Source: Camelus dromedarius | Taxonomy: Eukaryota | Assembly (NCBI RefSeq): GCF_036321535.1 | Contig: NC_087447.1 | Location: forward strand, 38,380,001 to 38,444,000 | DNA: 64,000 nucleotides | Direction of reading: 5' to 3' | The notes under the pieces: generated by a model | Told to the model about the DNA's origin: nothing | Databases searched by the model: none | The model's input: only the letters and a program-made list of their open reading frames with translations | Program-made: the position numbers and the translations under genes | Shown here: piece after piece, positions 1-13,389 of the stretch | Position numbering within the stretch: position 1 is the first letter of the stretch | How the letters are laid out: each line of letters begins with the position of its first letter

Positions 1-99
1 AGGTCCAGAACAAGTTGTCTAGTAAGACTCATTTTTCACTAAAAATTCATAAAATGTGCAAACAGGGCCCAGGCAAGTGATATATATGAGTGTTACCTG

Positions 100-355
100 T
101 GTAAGACTGTAGCACATGCTATAACTAGCAAGCCGGAGGGTCCCACATTTAAAGGGAGCGGATGCAACTCCATTCCAGCCAATTTTGTCCTGCTGGAATG
201 CAAGTCCGCTGTTGCCAGATCTTTGGGTTTTTCAAGCAAAGCCAAAAACACTTGATTTTTATTTGAAACTTCCTGAATTTAAAAACCCTCTAGGGGCTAA
301 ACAAAAATCTCTATAAGCTGTGTCTGTCTGCAGGTTCCAGTTTGCAACTTCTGTT
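100..355. mobile_element. Old hAT-Charlie DNA element fragment (MER103-like)
   Basis: tgttgccagatctt...ccagtttgcaacttctg motifs; similar copy at ~48890-49155. Confidence 0.5.
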
Positions 356-514
356 CTATATATTTGTGTATAAATAGAAAGTGGTTGAGACAGACCTGAG
401 CTTGTACCTGCTGTATGATCTTGGATAAGTTATTTCCTCTCTAACACGTAAAATGAGGACAATAATTTGAACCTCAGGGTTGCATCCATTAGTTAACAAA
501 AGTGTTAAGAGCTT

Positions 515-3165
515 TCAGTTAAAGATGATGGACTGAATGCACACATATAATTTTGCTCTCTTCCCAAAACCCATTAAAACCAGAGTAAAGGGATTTAGAG
601 TAACAGAGTTTCACAAGGATGGAGGAAAAGGAGAGGACACAACAGCAATAAAAATTTGGAATCTGGAAAGCAGATGGACAAGTGGTAAACTGACTTGGCA
701 GAGCTAAGAAACGAAATCCTACATATAAAGAGGGAAAAGCAGAGAACCAACCTGATCTACACTACAGAATCTTCAAAAAGCTCAGGAACTGAGGACAAAG
801 GAAGTGGGAAATAAATTTAGGAAAATTGAATACTGCCTAAGAAGCATATTCATAGAGTCTACTTCATATTTTATCCCCCTGAATGACAGACAACCTTTAC
901 TGCACTCTAGCGGAAGACTGAAGGATTATTCTCTAGAAAGGATTTTTTAAAAAGAAGAAGAGTCCCTGTATTAATGGGTGCATGGCACAATTATAGACTA
1001 ATAAATCTGTGTCTACTAAAGGCTGAATGCTGAGATCTCCCAGCTCCTGTTCCATTCCTGGCTCCCAGAAGGTAGGCAGCCAGGTATCCACCCTCCCAAC
1101 AGATGATTAAAACATTTTTCTGGAGAATCTGATCAGCCAAGGGGGAAACAAATACAGCATACTGTCACTGGGGGTTCCCTGACAAATGGCCTAGTCAGAT
1201 CATCCCACATTGAAACTCCAAATCAACAAGCCTTACCCACATGCTCAGAGCTTCAGATCTATTTTGTGTCCCTTCTTCAACAAGAGCAGACAATCAGAGA
1301 TGAACAAACTTCTAAGTAAAACGTCTAACAGGAAATATAAAGACCAAAACAAACAGGCAGATTAAAGTAAGTTAAGGGAGAGAAAGATAATACAGGAAAA
1401 GGAAAACTTCTAAATCAGTATCATTAATATGTTCAAAGAGATAAGAGGCAACATTTCCTTGCTATTTTTCAACAAAGGAATATTCAGAAAACAAAACAGG
1501 GCCCATGGAAATTAAAACCATGGTAGCAGAAATGAAAAATTCAATAGGAAGACTGGAACTTAAAAGTGAGAAAATCTCCCAGAAAGTTAAGGGGAGAATT
1601 CAAAGAGATGGAAGGTAGGAGAGAAAAGATAAGAAAATTAAAAGACCAGTCCACAGTTCTGATACTCAAATAACAGGCACTCAAAGAACAGGAGTAACTG
1701 AGGGCAGAAAAGCATAAAAGAAATATCTCAAGAAATTTTCCCAGAACTACGGGTCTTGGTTTTCCAGAATGAAAGGATTCACAGAGTATCTGGCACATTG
1801 AATGAAAATATATCCATATATGGCAGTTGGTGAAATTCAGAACACCATTGTGTAATTTTAGAACACCAAACACAAAGAGAAGATTCTAAAAGCTTTCAGG
1901 AAGAAGGAGTAGGTTACATACACTCTCAGGAATCAGAATGACTTTAGGATTCTTAATAGCAACATTGGAAGCAAGAATGGATGATGGAGCCATGCCTTAA
2001 AAATTCTGTAGGCAAATCGTTTCTGACTGAGAATTCTATAGCCTGCCAAACTATAATCAAGTGTGAGGATAGAACAAAGAAATTTTCAGATATGCCATCT
2101 CTGAAATGCACCCTTTCTCCCTAAAATAAGAAAATGCTAAACCAAGAAAACAGAAGTTCCAACAAGGAAAAAGATGAAGAGTAACTGAAAGGTGGCAATA
2201 AAGAGAAATCCTAGGATTGCAGCTTTGCACTAGGTATAGAGGGCAACCAGTCCTAATGAGAGTAAGGTGATTCAAAAGAGGAATGTTGTGGCCTATTACC
2301 AGGCTAAAACTGATGAAGGCACTGGTACATGTGATCTCCCAAATAAGGGCGTAACCCAAGAAAAAGGAAGATACCAACTCCAGGCAACAGGAACTCCAAC
2401 TCAGGAAAAGGAGGAAAGAAGAAGAAGAATTCCCAGGATGACAGGAAAGTCCCAGAAAGACAGCTGAGCAGGAGAGCTAGCATGCAAACATTTCAGACAG
2501 GAAAACGAAGGTCTCCAGGAGGAGTGTCTTCAAGAGAAAAATTGGACCTGATAGATTACCTGATGCCATTGACCACGAGGAAAGCTGTAGTGGAGGATTA
2601 TTGGAAGCTATCAGAAGAATTAGCTATAGGTAATAATTACAAAGAAAATTAAGCACATGAAGAAACCAAAGCTGTGCTAACTTTAGGAAAAGCAAAAGTA
2701 TGAAAAAGTATATAATTTTGGTATACTTCAGTGGTCAGTTGTAAATAGCATTTGCATTGCATAATAATAAAAACACTGAATACCAATTTAGCCAAAAATT
2801 GTAATAAAATTCTATTGGGAGGATGGAAGAAAAGAAATAGAAGGAATGGAGGTAAAGAGAACTAAATCTTGGTTTAAAAAAAAATCAATAGAAGGTAGCA
2901 ATAAGAACATATTATTTAAGAAAAACAGGTATTTATAAATGCCAGAAGAAACAGCTGAGTCTAAAATGGTTATTTCTGGGGAAGGATATTTAGGGGAATG
3001 GGGAGGGGAGAGGCGGGGTAAGAGATTATTGTTTTACATTAGGTGTCTCAGAAGAGTAGGATTGGCAGGAAAAGGGTTTTATTTACCACTTTGTATTCAC
3101 TGTACTATTCAAAATTTTATAATAAGTATTCATTACTTTTATAATTATAATAAAAAATAATAAAA
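515..3165 (+). mobile_element. HAL1-like (ORF1-only L1-related) element, near full length, decayed
   Basis: L1-type 5' start (aagatgatggactgaatgcacac), A-rich ORF1 remnant ~1300-2150 (aatcagaatgact...agcaacattggaagcaaga...agaattctatagcctgccaaacta), no ORF2 remnant, A-rich tail at ~3150-3165. Confidence 0.65.
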
Positions 3166-3649
3166 CCAACATGCTGTCCCTATTTTCTGCCTTCCTGGGG
3201 ATTTCATCTCCAGGCTGTTGAGACACCCAAGGAAATTCTCACCATCACCAGTGTCAAGACCTGTTCATGGGTTTGTTTCCTTTAAGCTTGAATGACAGTA
3301 GGACAGTGGCTCTGTGGGTGCCACACTGTGGTTTCGCTCTTCACTCAAGAGCCCATCTCAGTTTTCAGAACACTTCTATCTTCATGCCATCTCCAAAGGG
3401 CAGGAAACTCTGGCTCCCTCAGCTAAGTTCGCCACAGTCCTGTACACCAAAGAGCCTTTATCAGACCATGTCCTGCTGTGCAGTGTATTTTGTCTATTTT
3501 GCAGTTTTCTCCTTTAGTGCTTACCTTGTTCCCACTAGACAGCCTGTTCCATTTATGTACCCCCAGTTCCCAGGATAGGTATTTCCTGGAGTATAATGTC
3601 ATAATTGTAACTATTTAAGTTTGTGTTTGGACCACACAAGAGAAAAACA

Positions 3650-4900
3650 TCCTGAAATTATATATATGAATTATATATGTAGTTTTTGCTTCTGGCTTCT
3701 TTCACTTAGCATGTTTTTGAGGTTCATCTGTGTTGTAACATGTATCAGAAGTTCATTCCTTTTTAAATAGTAATACTCCATTACATAGATATGCCACATT
3801 TTGTTCATTCATCAATTGATGAACATTTAAATTGTTTCCATTTTTGGCATTATGAATAATACTGCTATGAAAATTTGCGTACATATCTTTGTGTGGTCGT
3901 GTGTTTTTATTTATCTTGGGTAGATTTATAGAAATGGAATTTTTATGTTGTATGGTAAGTTTAAGAAACTGACAAACTGTTTTCCAAAATGGTTGTACCA
4001 TTTTACGTTCCTACCAGCAATGCACAAGGGTTCCAATTTATGCACCTCTTCACCAACACTTGATACTTTATATCTTTTATTATTGCCCTTCTGGGAAGTG
4101 CTTCATTGGCATCCCATTGTGGTTTTAATTTGAACACCATTGACAAATGATATTGAGCATCTTTTCATGTGCTTATCAGCATTTGTTTATCTTCTTTGTG
4201 TCTCTTAAAAATTTTTGCCAGTTTTCAAATTGGTTTGTTTTTCTTTTTATTATTGAGTTGTTAAGTGTTTTTTTTAAATGTATTTTAGATACAAGTCCTT
4301 TATCAGGTGTATGATTTGCAAATATTTTATCCCAATCTATGGCTTGTCTTTTCATTTTCTTTTTTCTCATGGAAGTACTGGAGATTGAACCCAGGATCTA
4401 ATGCATGCTAAGCACACACTCTACCACTGAGCTATTATTCCCACCCCCACTGCCTTTTCTTTTTCTTAGTGGTGTCTCTGAGGCACAAAAGTTTTTCTTT
4501 TTTGATGAAGTCCTATTTATCAGTTTTTCTTTTAGGCTCATGCTTTTAGTATCACATCTAAAGATTCTTTGCCCAATCTAAGACTGTGAAGATTTTCTCT
4601 TACATTTTCTTTTAGAAGTCTTAGAACGTTAGCTCTTACATCTAGGTCTACAATCCATTTTAATTAATTTTATGTATGGTGTAAAGTTAAGTGTCTGAGT
4701 TAATTATTTTGTATGTGGATAGTCAATTGTCTCAGCACTGTTTGCTTAAAAGACTGTCCTTCCCCCACAGAATTGTCGTTGCTCTTTTGTTGAAATAAAA
4801 CGACCATATATGTAAGGTTTTATTTCTGGAATATGATTTCTGTTCCATTGATCTAAATGTGTATCTTTGTGCCAGTATCACCATCTCTTGGATCATAGTA
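3650..4900 (-). mobile_element. L1 (L1MB/MC-like) ORF2 3' part and 3' UTR
   Basis: Minus-strand peptides MVQPFWKTVCQFLKL and MKRQAIDWDKIFANHTPDKGLVSKI match the L1 ORF2 C-terminus; tggcttctttcacttagcatg motif. Confidence 0.9.
4360..4448 (-). mobile_element. Camelid tRNA-Ala-derived SINE (Vic-1 type), short form, inserted in L1
   Basis: Reverse complement shows box A tagctcagtggtagag and box B gggttcaatctc. Approximate TSD tgtcttttcattttctt (4345-4361) / tgccttttctttttctt (4451-4467). Confidence 0.85.
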
Positions 4901-4929
4901 AATTTTGATTTCCTTTATTTTTTTCTTGA

Positions 4930-6038
4930 TTTCCTGTATTTTTGAAAGGTATTTTTTCTAGATACGAAAGTCTAGGTTGACACTTTTTTTCCCAGCACGT
5001 TGAAAATGCAGTGCCACTCTCCTCTGGCTTGCATAATTTCATATGAGATATCTGCTGTCATTATCTTTGTACCTCTGTATGCAACATCTTTTTTTTCTCT
5101 AGCCCTTTGAAGATTTTTTTTCTTTATCATTGGTTTAAGTATTATGATGTACCTTAGTGTGCTTTCTTTTTCCTCCAGGTTTATTGAGATATAATTGACA
5201 AATGAAAATTGTATATATTTAAGGTATATAATGTGATGCTTTGACATGCACATATTGTGAAATGATTACCACAATCAACATCCCCATCACCTCACATAGT
5301 TATATTTTTTTGTGTATGTGGTAAGAACACTTTAAAGATCTACTCTCTTAGGAAATTTCAAACATACAATACAGTATTGTTAACTATAATCACCATGCTG
5401 CATATTGCATCCCCAGAACTTTCTCATCTTGTATAACTGAAACTTTGTGTCATTTGACCAACATCTCTCCATTTCCCCTACTCTCCAGCCACAGGGAACT
5501 ACTAATCTACTCTTTGCTTCTATGAGTTCAACTTTTTTTAGATTCCACATATAAGTGATATCTGTCTTTCTGTATCTGGCTTATTTTATTTAGCATAATG
5601 TCCTCCAATATGTCCTCCATATGGTCACAAATGGCAGTATTTCTTTCTTTCCTAAGGCTGAATAATATTCTATTAGTGGACATTTTGGTTGTTTCCATAT
5701 CTTGGCTATTGTGAGTAATGCTTCAATGAACATGACAGTGCTGATATTTCTTTGAGATTCTGATCCTTAGTATGTTTCCTACATGTTTCTTCTGCTTGGG
5801 GTCCATGAAACTTCTTGGATCTGTGTGTGGGTTTACAGTTTTCATCAAATGTGAAAATTTGGGGGCATTCATTCTTTAAATATTTCTTCTGTCCCCTTCT
5901 AATCCTCTTTCAGGATTCCAAATTATACATGTACTAGGCCCCTGGAAGTTTTCTGACTGCTCAATGATGCTCCATTCTTTCTTTTTAGTGTTTTTCTTGT
6001 GTTTAATTTCTATTATTATATTTTCAAATTCACTAATA
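4930..6038 (-). mobile_element. Old L1 ORF1 remnant, interrupted by a younger L1
   Basis: Minus-strand peptide ...LRYIIILK...AREKKDVAYRGTKIMTADISYEIMQARGEWHCIFNVL resembles the L1 ORF1p C-terminal domain; resumes after 5765. Confidence 0.8.
5170..5764 (-). mobile_element. L1MA8/9-like 3' end
   Basis: tttattgagatataattgacaaatgaaaattgtatatatttaagg... typical L1MA 3' UTR; approximate TSD ccttagtgtgcttt (5152) / ccttagtatgttt (5765). Confidence 0.85.
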
Positions 6039-6501
6039 TAGTCATACCTTATTTTATTGTGCTTCACAGATGTGCTTTTTACAAATTGAAGGTTTGTGGC
6101 AACACTTCATGAAGAAATTCTATTGATGCCATTTCTCCAGCAGCATTTGCTCACTTCATATCTCTGTGTCACATTTTGGTAATTATCACACTGTTTCACA
6201 CTTCTCCATTATTATGTTTGTTCTGGTGATCTGTGATCAGTGGTCTTTGATGTTACTCCTGTGACTTACTGAAGGCTCAGATGATGGTTAGCATTTTTTT
6301 AGCACTGAAGCAATTTTTAATTAAGGTATATACATTTTTTTTAGACGTGATGCTATTGCACACTTAATAGACTGCAGTAGAGTAGAAAGATAACTTTTAT
6401 ATGTACTGGGAAACCAAAAATGCACGTGACTCAGTTTTTTGAGATACTTGCTTTATTGTGGTGGTCTGAACTGAACCTGCCATATCTCTAAGGTATGCCT
6501 G
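6039..6501 (+). mobile_element. Tigger1-derived MITE (Tigger1a_Art-like)
   Basis: TIRs tagtcatacct...aggtatgcctg, TA target duplications at 6037-38 and 6502-03, Tigger1 left and right arms joined without transposase. Confidence 0.9.
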
Positions 6502-6959
6502 TATTTTCTTCCTCGGTGTCTAATCTGTTGGTCTCATCTAGTATATAGTTCTAGTATTAGGGCTCATCTTATTTTTCCTCCTATTTTCAGGGATCAGTAT
6601 CATTCACTGCTTGTTGCCTAGTGTCTGAAAACAGTCATTTTGTATACTTTTGTCTTGTTTTATAATTGTTTTCACAAGGGGTTATATCTAATGCCTGTTA
6701 CTCCATCTTGGCCAGAAGTGGAATTCGTCTATTCCAGTAGCCTCCTAAATTTTTCCCAGGTGTTCTGTCTCATTGTTCAAATTTGGTGCACTAATAGGAT
6801 TGGTCTGGGAATATTTAGATGACAAATGTGAAAGAGAATATTAAAAACTCCCATAGTTCCCCTACAGTAATAACTCTGGTTAGTGTTTTGTGCATTTCAT
6901 ATTACCTTCCAGTTTGCTTTCTGTCTTTGATTCTGCATGGTTTTTATATCAATTTTCCC

Positions 6960-8165
6960 CTCACTTGACTTCTTTCTAGCCCTTGACACTAATGACCACT
7001 CCCTCACTTTAAAACTTTTGTTCACTCTTAACTTCCAGGAAATCCCTCTCTCTCAGTTCTATTTCAACCCTTCCAAACCCTGAGAATTCTCCCTCACAGT
7101 CTCCTTCACAAATTCCTATTCCTCTGTGTACCTTAAATATTGACTTCTTTCTTGCCTCTCACTCGATATCCACATTCTCCCTGAGTGATCTCATCTATTA
7201 CCCATGACTTCAGTTATCATTTGTCTGCTTATGACTCACAAATTTATATTTCCAAATCTCTCTCCCCAACTGCAGCCCTGTATAGCCAACTGCTTTATGT
7301 ACATTTCTAGTCAATGTCTCACAGTGTGTCCCAAATGAAACTCATTATCTTCCTCAACAACCGAATCTGCATCTTGGTTCCATCCCAGTGAATACACTAA
7401 TGTCCACCTTTCTCCCCAAGTTAAAAACAGGGAAGCCACGCTCAACTGGTCCTTCTTGCTTCTTCTTAACCCCCATACATTGAATGGAGGCACCTAATTC
7501 TTGACTAGCTTGTCTCCTAAATATCTCCTTTCTTCAAACCTGTGCCCTGGTTTTCTCATATTCCTGTTGTTCACACCTTTATCTCTCACCTGAACTATTT
7601 GCAATAGCTTCTTATCTGGTCTCTGGATAAGTGCTGGGTGCATTATGGTTTTACAAAACACCAATTAGGTCATGTCACTCTCTTGTTTAAATGGTTCCCA
7701 TCCAAAGGTTTCCCCATCACTTACAGATTAAAACCTAAAACCTTTACCTTAGTATGTACAAGGCTCTTCACAGTCAGCCTCCAGACTCCCTTTCAGCCTC
7801 CTGCTCCTCGCAGATGTATTATCCCCAAATGTAGCATCCCCTCTACTTTTTCACATGCTCTTCTTTCTACCTGGAAAGTGCTTCTTCATCTTCTCTCGTA
7901 TTTCAAGATAAATGTCCACCTCTTCAGTGAATCTATCCCTAAAACCGAAGAAGCACATCCTCTCATTCCTTTCCTGCCCCAGCAGTTCCTTCACTCAGCT
8001 ACCACTGCACTTGTCACAGTGGCCTCTAGTTATACATGTACATCGATTTCCCCTACTAGACTGTACTCTCTCCCCAAACAGTGGCCATCTTCTTCCTTAT
8101 TATGTTCTTATCTCTCTAACAAGAGCTAAGTATAACAGTACTCAGCAAGTATTCAGTAAGTCCAC
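6960..8165 (+). mobile_element. L2 LINE 3' portion
   Basis: ttgacactaatgaccactccctc..., catgacttcagttatcatttgtctgcttatgactcacaaatttatatttcc: typical L2 RT-end/3' sequence. Confidence 0.8.
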
Positions 8166-8567
8166 ACCTTGAACACGCAATAGTGCTCAGTGTTTGTATC
8201 ATACTTGGTTTCCTAACTGGGATCTACAGTAGGCTTTGGAGGGCCCCTTGAGTGCTCTGTATTGTATGTGAAATTGTATATTTTGAAGGTATTTTCCTAA
8301 AAAGAAGATCCGTTCTAGTCAACAGATTTTCACAGGGTCCTGGATTCACAAGAATTCAAGTACCTCTACCTTAGAGAGAAACTATAGCCAGGAAGTTGTT
8401 TTCAGAAACTTGAGGCTTAAACTTCACCTTGGGAATGGGATGACTTTCTGCTGCGTCTCTTGTCACTCAGTCCTGGGATCAGGAGAGAACTGGAGGGTGA
8501 GGTGTGCAGTAGCTCTCTACCACAGGAGGGGACAGTCAAAAGGCTGACTTCTCAAAGCACAGGACAC

Positions 8568-8885
8568 TCCTCTCTCTCTCTCTCTCTCTTCCTCCTTCCC
8601 TTTCCCTCTGTCTCAACATTTCACACTCATAAACACACATACCAGGATGAATGCAAACTCAGAATTCAAATACACACCGCTGCATTCACACAATATACAC
8701 ACCCACAATCACACAATCAGGCGTACGCATACACATTCATCTTCACGCACACAGATACACATGTACACACAAACCAGCCACATACAAATAGATAGATGGT
8801 CTGCGTCACACACAGCCTCTCCCGTGCACACTCCATATGTAACCACATGCACATGCACACAGCCATGCATGTGAGATTCACACAA
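8568..8885. repeat. (CT)n followed by degenerate CA-rich low-complexity tract
   Basis: Seen directly in sequence. Confidence 0.8.
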
Positions 8886-9279
8886 CCTGGCTCCCACCCT
8901 CCCTCCTGCAGAGAGCGAGTGCTGCCCCTGGCATCAGGCCCAGGGAGACAGCCGAGTGGAGCCATCTGTCAGGCTGAGGTTCCTGCGCCGCCCATCCTGC
9001 CTGAGCTCAGCCGGTCGGCATGCAGAGCATGCAGTCTTGCTATTCTCTCTGGCTGAATCATGCTGAGTGAGCTGGCCTGGCCAGAGTTTATCAAGTCAGA
9101 ACAGAATTTTGGCAAACAGATGACTTGTGAGCTTGGCATTTGTGGGCCTGGGAGGTGGAGACCTGCAGAGGGAGGAAGAAAGAGTGGAGGTGAGGAGAGA
9201 GGAAAATTACTTGTCAACGTACAGAGAGACAGTGGCAAATGTAATTCAAGAGCAATATGGCAGGAGGACTTCGGTACTG

Positions 9280-10450
9280 CACGTAAAATCCAAAAAACCT
9301 GATTCACATTCCAGCTCTGGCTTGTAACAGCCACGTGACTTTGAACGTGTGAAATTACCTCTTTGAGCCTTGGTTTCTTCTATAAAATTGACCTAATAAA
9401 ATGATCTCACTCATAGAGTTGACAACAGAATTTTATGAGATAGGACTTACCAATTAGCACAGTGCCTGACATATGGCAGCACTAAATAAACAGTGGCTTT
9501 TATAGTCACAGAACTTGAGAGTTCAAAGCGATCATGTAGATCCGCAGCCCAGCCTGACCAGCCCTTTCGACTCACCATCCCGTCTCCACCTGGCCTGGGT
9601 ATCCCTGCATGCTTTCCAGTCTTCACCTGAAAACCAAACTCCCTGATCCACCTCACACCCCACTGGCCTCTTGGGTGGCTTCCTACTGTTCCTCACATTC
9701 CCCTCCTGAATCTGAGAATGAGCACTGCCCCTCTGATACTAACCTTTACCTAACCCTGGGCTGCTTCTGCCTCCAGCACCTCACCCCACGCAGCTCCCAC
9801 CACCACATTATCTGATTTGGGTAATAGTAATAAAGATAATAGCAATACGTGGCATGTATTAGGCCTTCACTATGTGCCAGAAATTTGCAAGGTAAATCTA
9901 ATTTAACCCTCACGACAACCTTATAAAGCAAATACTATTATTATCTCAATTTTACAACTGAAGAAACTGAGGTACCAAAAGATTAAGATTTTCCCAATGT
10001 AAGACGTCGATTTTAAGTCACACTTTTGTCTCTTGTACTGCTGAGAGACACTGGCAATTAAACCATGTTACAGCTCTAAGATGCTTTGATGTAGAGATAT
10101 TTTAAATCAAGGGGTGAGGGGTAGGGAACATACATTACAGAATCAATGAAATACAGTAGTTGTACAGTAGTTGTACTGGAGTTGACCTCTGGAAGTCTGT
10201 CTGACTCTGGGGCCTGCACCACACTGCACTGCCCTCAAATTCACGTTTATTGGGCCCTTTATAGAACAGACATTGTGCTAAATTCTTCATGTGCATTACA
10301 TGACCTCATTCGGACCCCACTAACCATTCTATGAGGTTGGTACTGTTCTTCACTTTCATTTTACAAATGAGGAAACTAAAGATCTGAGAAGTTACATAAT
10401 TGGTCCAAGGTATCATCACAAGTAATGAAACCAGTCCTGTCTGACTAGAG
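9280..10450. mobile_element. Cluster of MIR SINEs (~9280-9500 +, ~9830-9990 -, ~10240-10450 -)
   Basis: MIR core motifs ctctttgagccttggtttcttctataaaat, attttacaactgaagaaactgagg, cattttacaaatgaggaaactaaag. Confidence 0.75.
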
Positions 10451-11509
10451 TCTTTGCAGTTAAGCGCCGTGCAAGTCAGATACCTTCTTTCAGCCTGGTT
10501 GGTTGTTCCCGAAGTTTCCTCCAAAGGTCTCCTCAGGCTGGCTCTGGGACTGAGGCACAGCTGTTGTCCTGGTGATTTCCAACCTTACTCGGTTTTGCTG
10601 TGAGTGGTAAGTGGGTGGGGCGAATTGTCCTGGGTTGGAGGGCAGAACACTGTGTGTCTTGTGCTGTTCTGTCTCTGGGCGGGATGACTTCTCAGCAGGG
10701 CCTTCTAGCACTGGGCCTCCATCATCCTACTGGTAACATGAGGAGAATAATTCTATTCCTCAACATATCAAAATTATTATTCTCTTCTTTGAGATTAAAA
10801 AATGGAAGACATCTGCAAAAGGGATTAGTGCTTCAGCATGCTGTCATCTACAGATCTAGTCCACAACTAAATTCCAGCCTTAGTTTTCCGAAGTTCCCAC
10901 CAAATGAGAAAAATCTCCAAAGGATCCTTACCTCCCTGCCTTTGTTCACACTGTTCCATGTATCTTTACCTATCGTCACACTCATCCATCAAGGTCTAGT
11001 TCATAGGCGTGCTCCCAGAAGATGCTCTTGGACAGCTGTACTTGAAGTGACTCATTTCTCCTACTTACTCTTTGACTGTAAGCTTTTAAGACATGTATCA
11101 CTCACAGCCTTGTCACATAATGGCTCATGTATCATACGTTTCCTCTATGGAGGGCTTGTGTTGGTTTTTGCCCACCCTGACATCCTCTCCCCATTTTAAT
11201 AACAGCAACCTGGTTTTCCTCTGCCTCTTCCTCCAGCTTCTTCACATACTCTTCCTTCTTTCTGTCTCTCTGCCTCACATACTGATCAAACCATCAAAGT
11301 GATTACAAGTGCAGGTTCTGAACTGTGAAAGATTTTGGTTCTGCCACTTACTACCCATATGATCTTGGGCAAAGTCACTTACATCCTACAAGTAAGTACA
11401 TAGTTTATTTGCTTCGTAAGATTGTTGAGAATATTGAATGAAATTACAGATTGAAGGAGTGGGCCTGGCACAAGGTAATGCTCAAGAAATATTACTGCTA
11501 TTATTTTTA

Positions 11510-12135
11510 TTGTCATAGTTAAGGATCTTTAAACACCAAGGAACAGAAAATCTAACTCAAACTGGTGTGAACAGTAAGGAGATTCTTCATCTTCTATAAT
11601 AGGGAGGCTTGAAGGAGTACAGGCTCCACACATGGAATAATCAGGGCTCTGACTCCATTTCTCTGCAGTTCTCTGAGCTCTGCCCTCTCCTTTGTATTGG
11701 CTTCGTCTGCAGGCTGGCTTCCTTCATTGTCTAGAGATGGCTGTGTCACCATGTCCTGAGCAACTGTGACAAAATACTTCCTTGTTCACATCTATCACAG
11801 CAGAGAAAAAAAACCTCCTCCCCCAAATAGAAATATAAATCCCTTCTTTCAATCTGTTTAGGCCATCTTAGGTTATACCTACCCTTGAACCAATGATAGT
11901 GACCAGGGGGATTCTCCCTGTGTTAATTGGCTTAAGCCTGGCTTCCTGAACTGGTTACTGCTAAGTGAGGTTGAATTGCCAGGATTGGCTTAGACTAACT
12001 GGGATCCACCTCTGGAGTCAGAAATGGAGTCCAACTTTCTCCTGGTCACCCAGACACATCGTGGCAAGTGGGGAGGGGTTCTGTTAGAGAGAAGGGAGGA
12101 ATATCTGGATGTTGGCTGGACAACCAGCAGCATCC
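11510..12135 (-). mobile_element. MaLR LTR (MLT1K-like)
   Basis: aggaacagaaaatctaactcaaactgg...ccttgaaccaatgatagtgaccagggg...gattggcttagactaa. Confidence 0.65.
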
Positions 12136-12159
12136 TCTACATTCATTTTTTGCAAGCTA

Positions 12160-12510
12160 GGTCACATGGGTCTCTCCAGGCCTTTGCTCAAAAGGCTCCT
12201 TACCAGTGAGGTCTTTGTTGACCATGAGACCAGTTACATAAAATAACACGGACACATCTATCTTTCCCTTCCACACCTCTTCTCTGCAATTCCTATCTCC
12301 CTTGCCTGCATTAATTTTATCTAAAGCACTTCTCTCTACCTGATACCTCATGTACTTTTGGCTTCACTTGTTTATTGTGCCTTCTTCTAGAAAACAAACT
12401 CCATGAGGGTAGAGATTTTGGTTTGTTCAATGCTGCATTTCTAGTACCTGGAAGAGTCCTGGCCCATATAGGCACACAATAACAATTTTTTTTAATGAAT
12501 TAATGATTCT
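12160..12510 (+). mobile_element. L2a 3' end
   Basis: aaactccatgagggtagagattttgg...cctggcccatataggcacacaataacaa...aatgaattaatga. Confidence 0.75.
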
Positions 12511-13389
12511 GACCAGACCCAGACTCCTCTACTCTTCCTTGGAGGCTGTCACCTGCTGCAGGCCCTAGGAATAGTTGCAGCCTTCACAGATCCTCCTTTT
12601 TACCCTCCCTGTTATCTCTCTCCATTGATTCTCTCCTCATCTGTCTCCCTGTCCCTCTAATACACATCTAAAGAGTGGGCTGCCATTTGTAATTTTGCTT
12701 TCTTTCTCTACAGTATTGATTGTAAATCTTTTTCTTCTCCTTTTTCATGCTAATGATTACCTCTTATTCTCTACATGCAAAATATTAAATAATTTGTGTT
12801 CAAATAAAGTTAGAAAACTTGAGTTGCCTTTTCATCTGGCAAAGATTTAAGACTTGGCATCTCTTTTTTTTTTTTTTTTTGAGAACTACGTTTATGTTTT
12901 CACATGTGTTGTAAATACATTATGTATTTACAGAAATGTGTATGAAGTGTTTCCCTCTATGTCCTTCAGAGTCTACCATTCCACGTCTTCCTAAATTTGT
13001 ATCCTCTCTGAAGTCTTCTTTGGTATGAATATGAAAAAAAATTAAGGGGAAAAAAATCTCTGCTTTCCCCCATAAAACTCCCACCCTAAAACCTGTCTGC
13101 CTCTAATAAGGGACAGGTAATAGGAGCCTTCTTTTCTTGGGTGTATTTCTGACTCTAGGACTGGACAAAAGAACAGTGATAAAAGTAACAACACATAACA
13201 TGTATTTGCTCAGAAATTTATGAGGAAGCTGCTCATCATTCTTGTTCTTTTCTTAATTATACAGTTGACATGTGCTTATAAAATATTACTTGTTTAAAAA
13301 GTGAAAGTCTCTCCATCTTCTCTAACCTCACTCCCCATAGGTAACCCCGGTTAATAGATTAGTGTATATTCTCCAGACTTTTTTTTTTT

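Noticed and set aside
10600..11199. 199-aa ORF
   Set aside because: GTG start, no recognisable homology or domain, no exon context.
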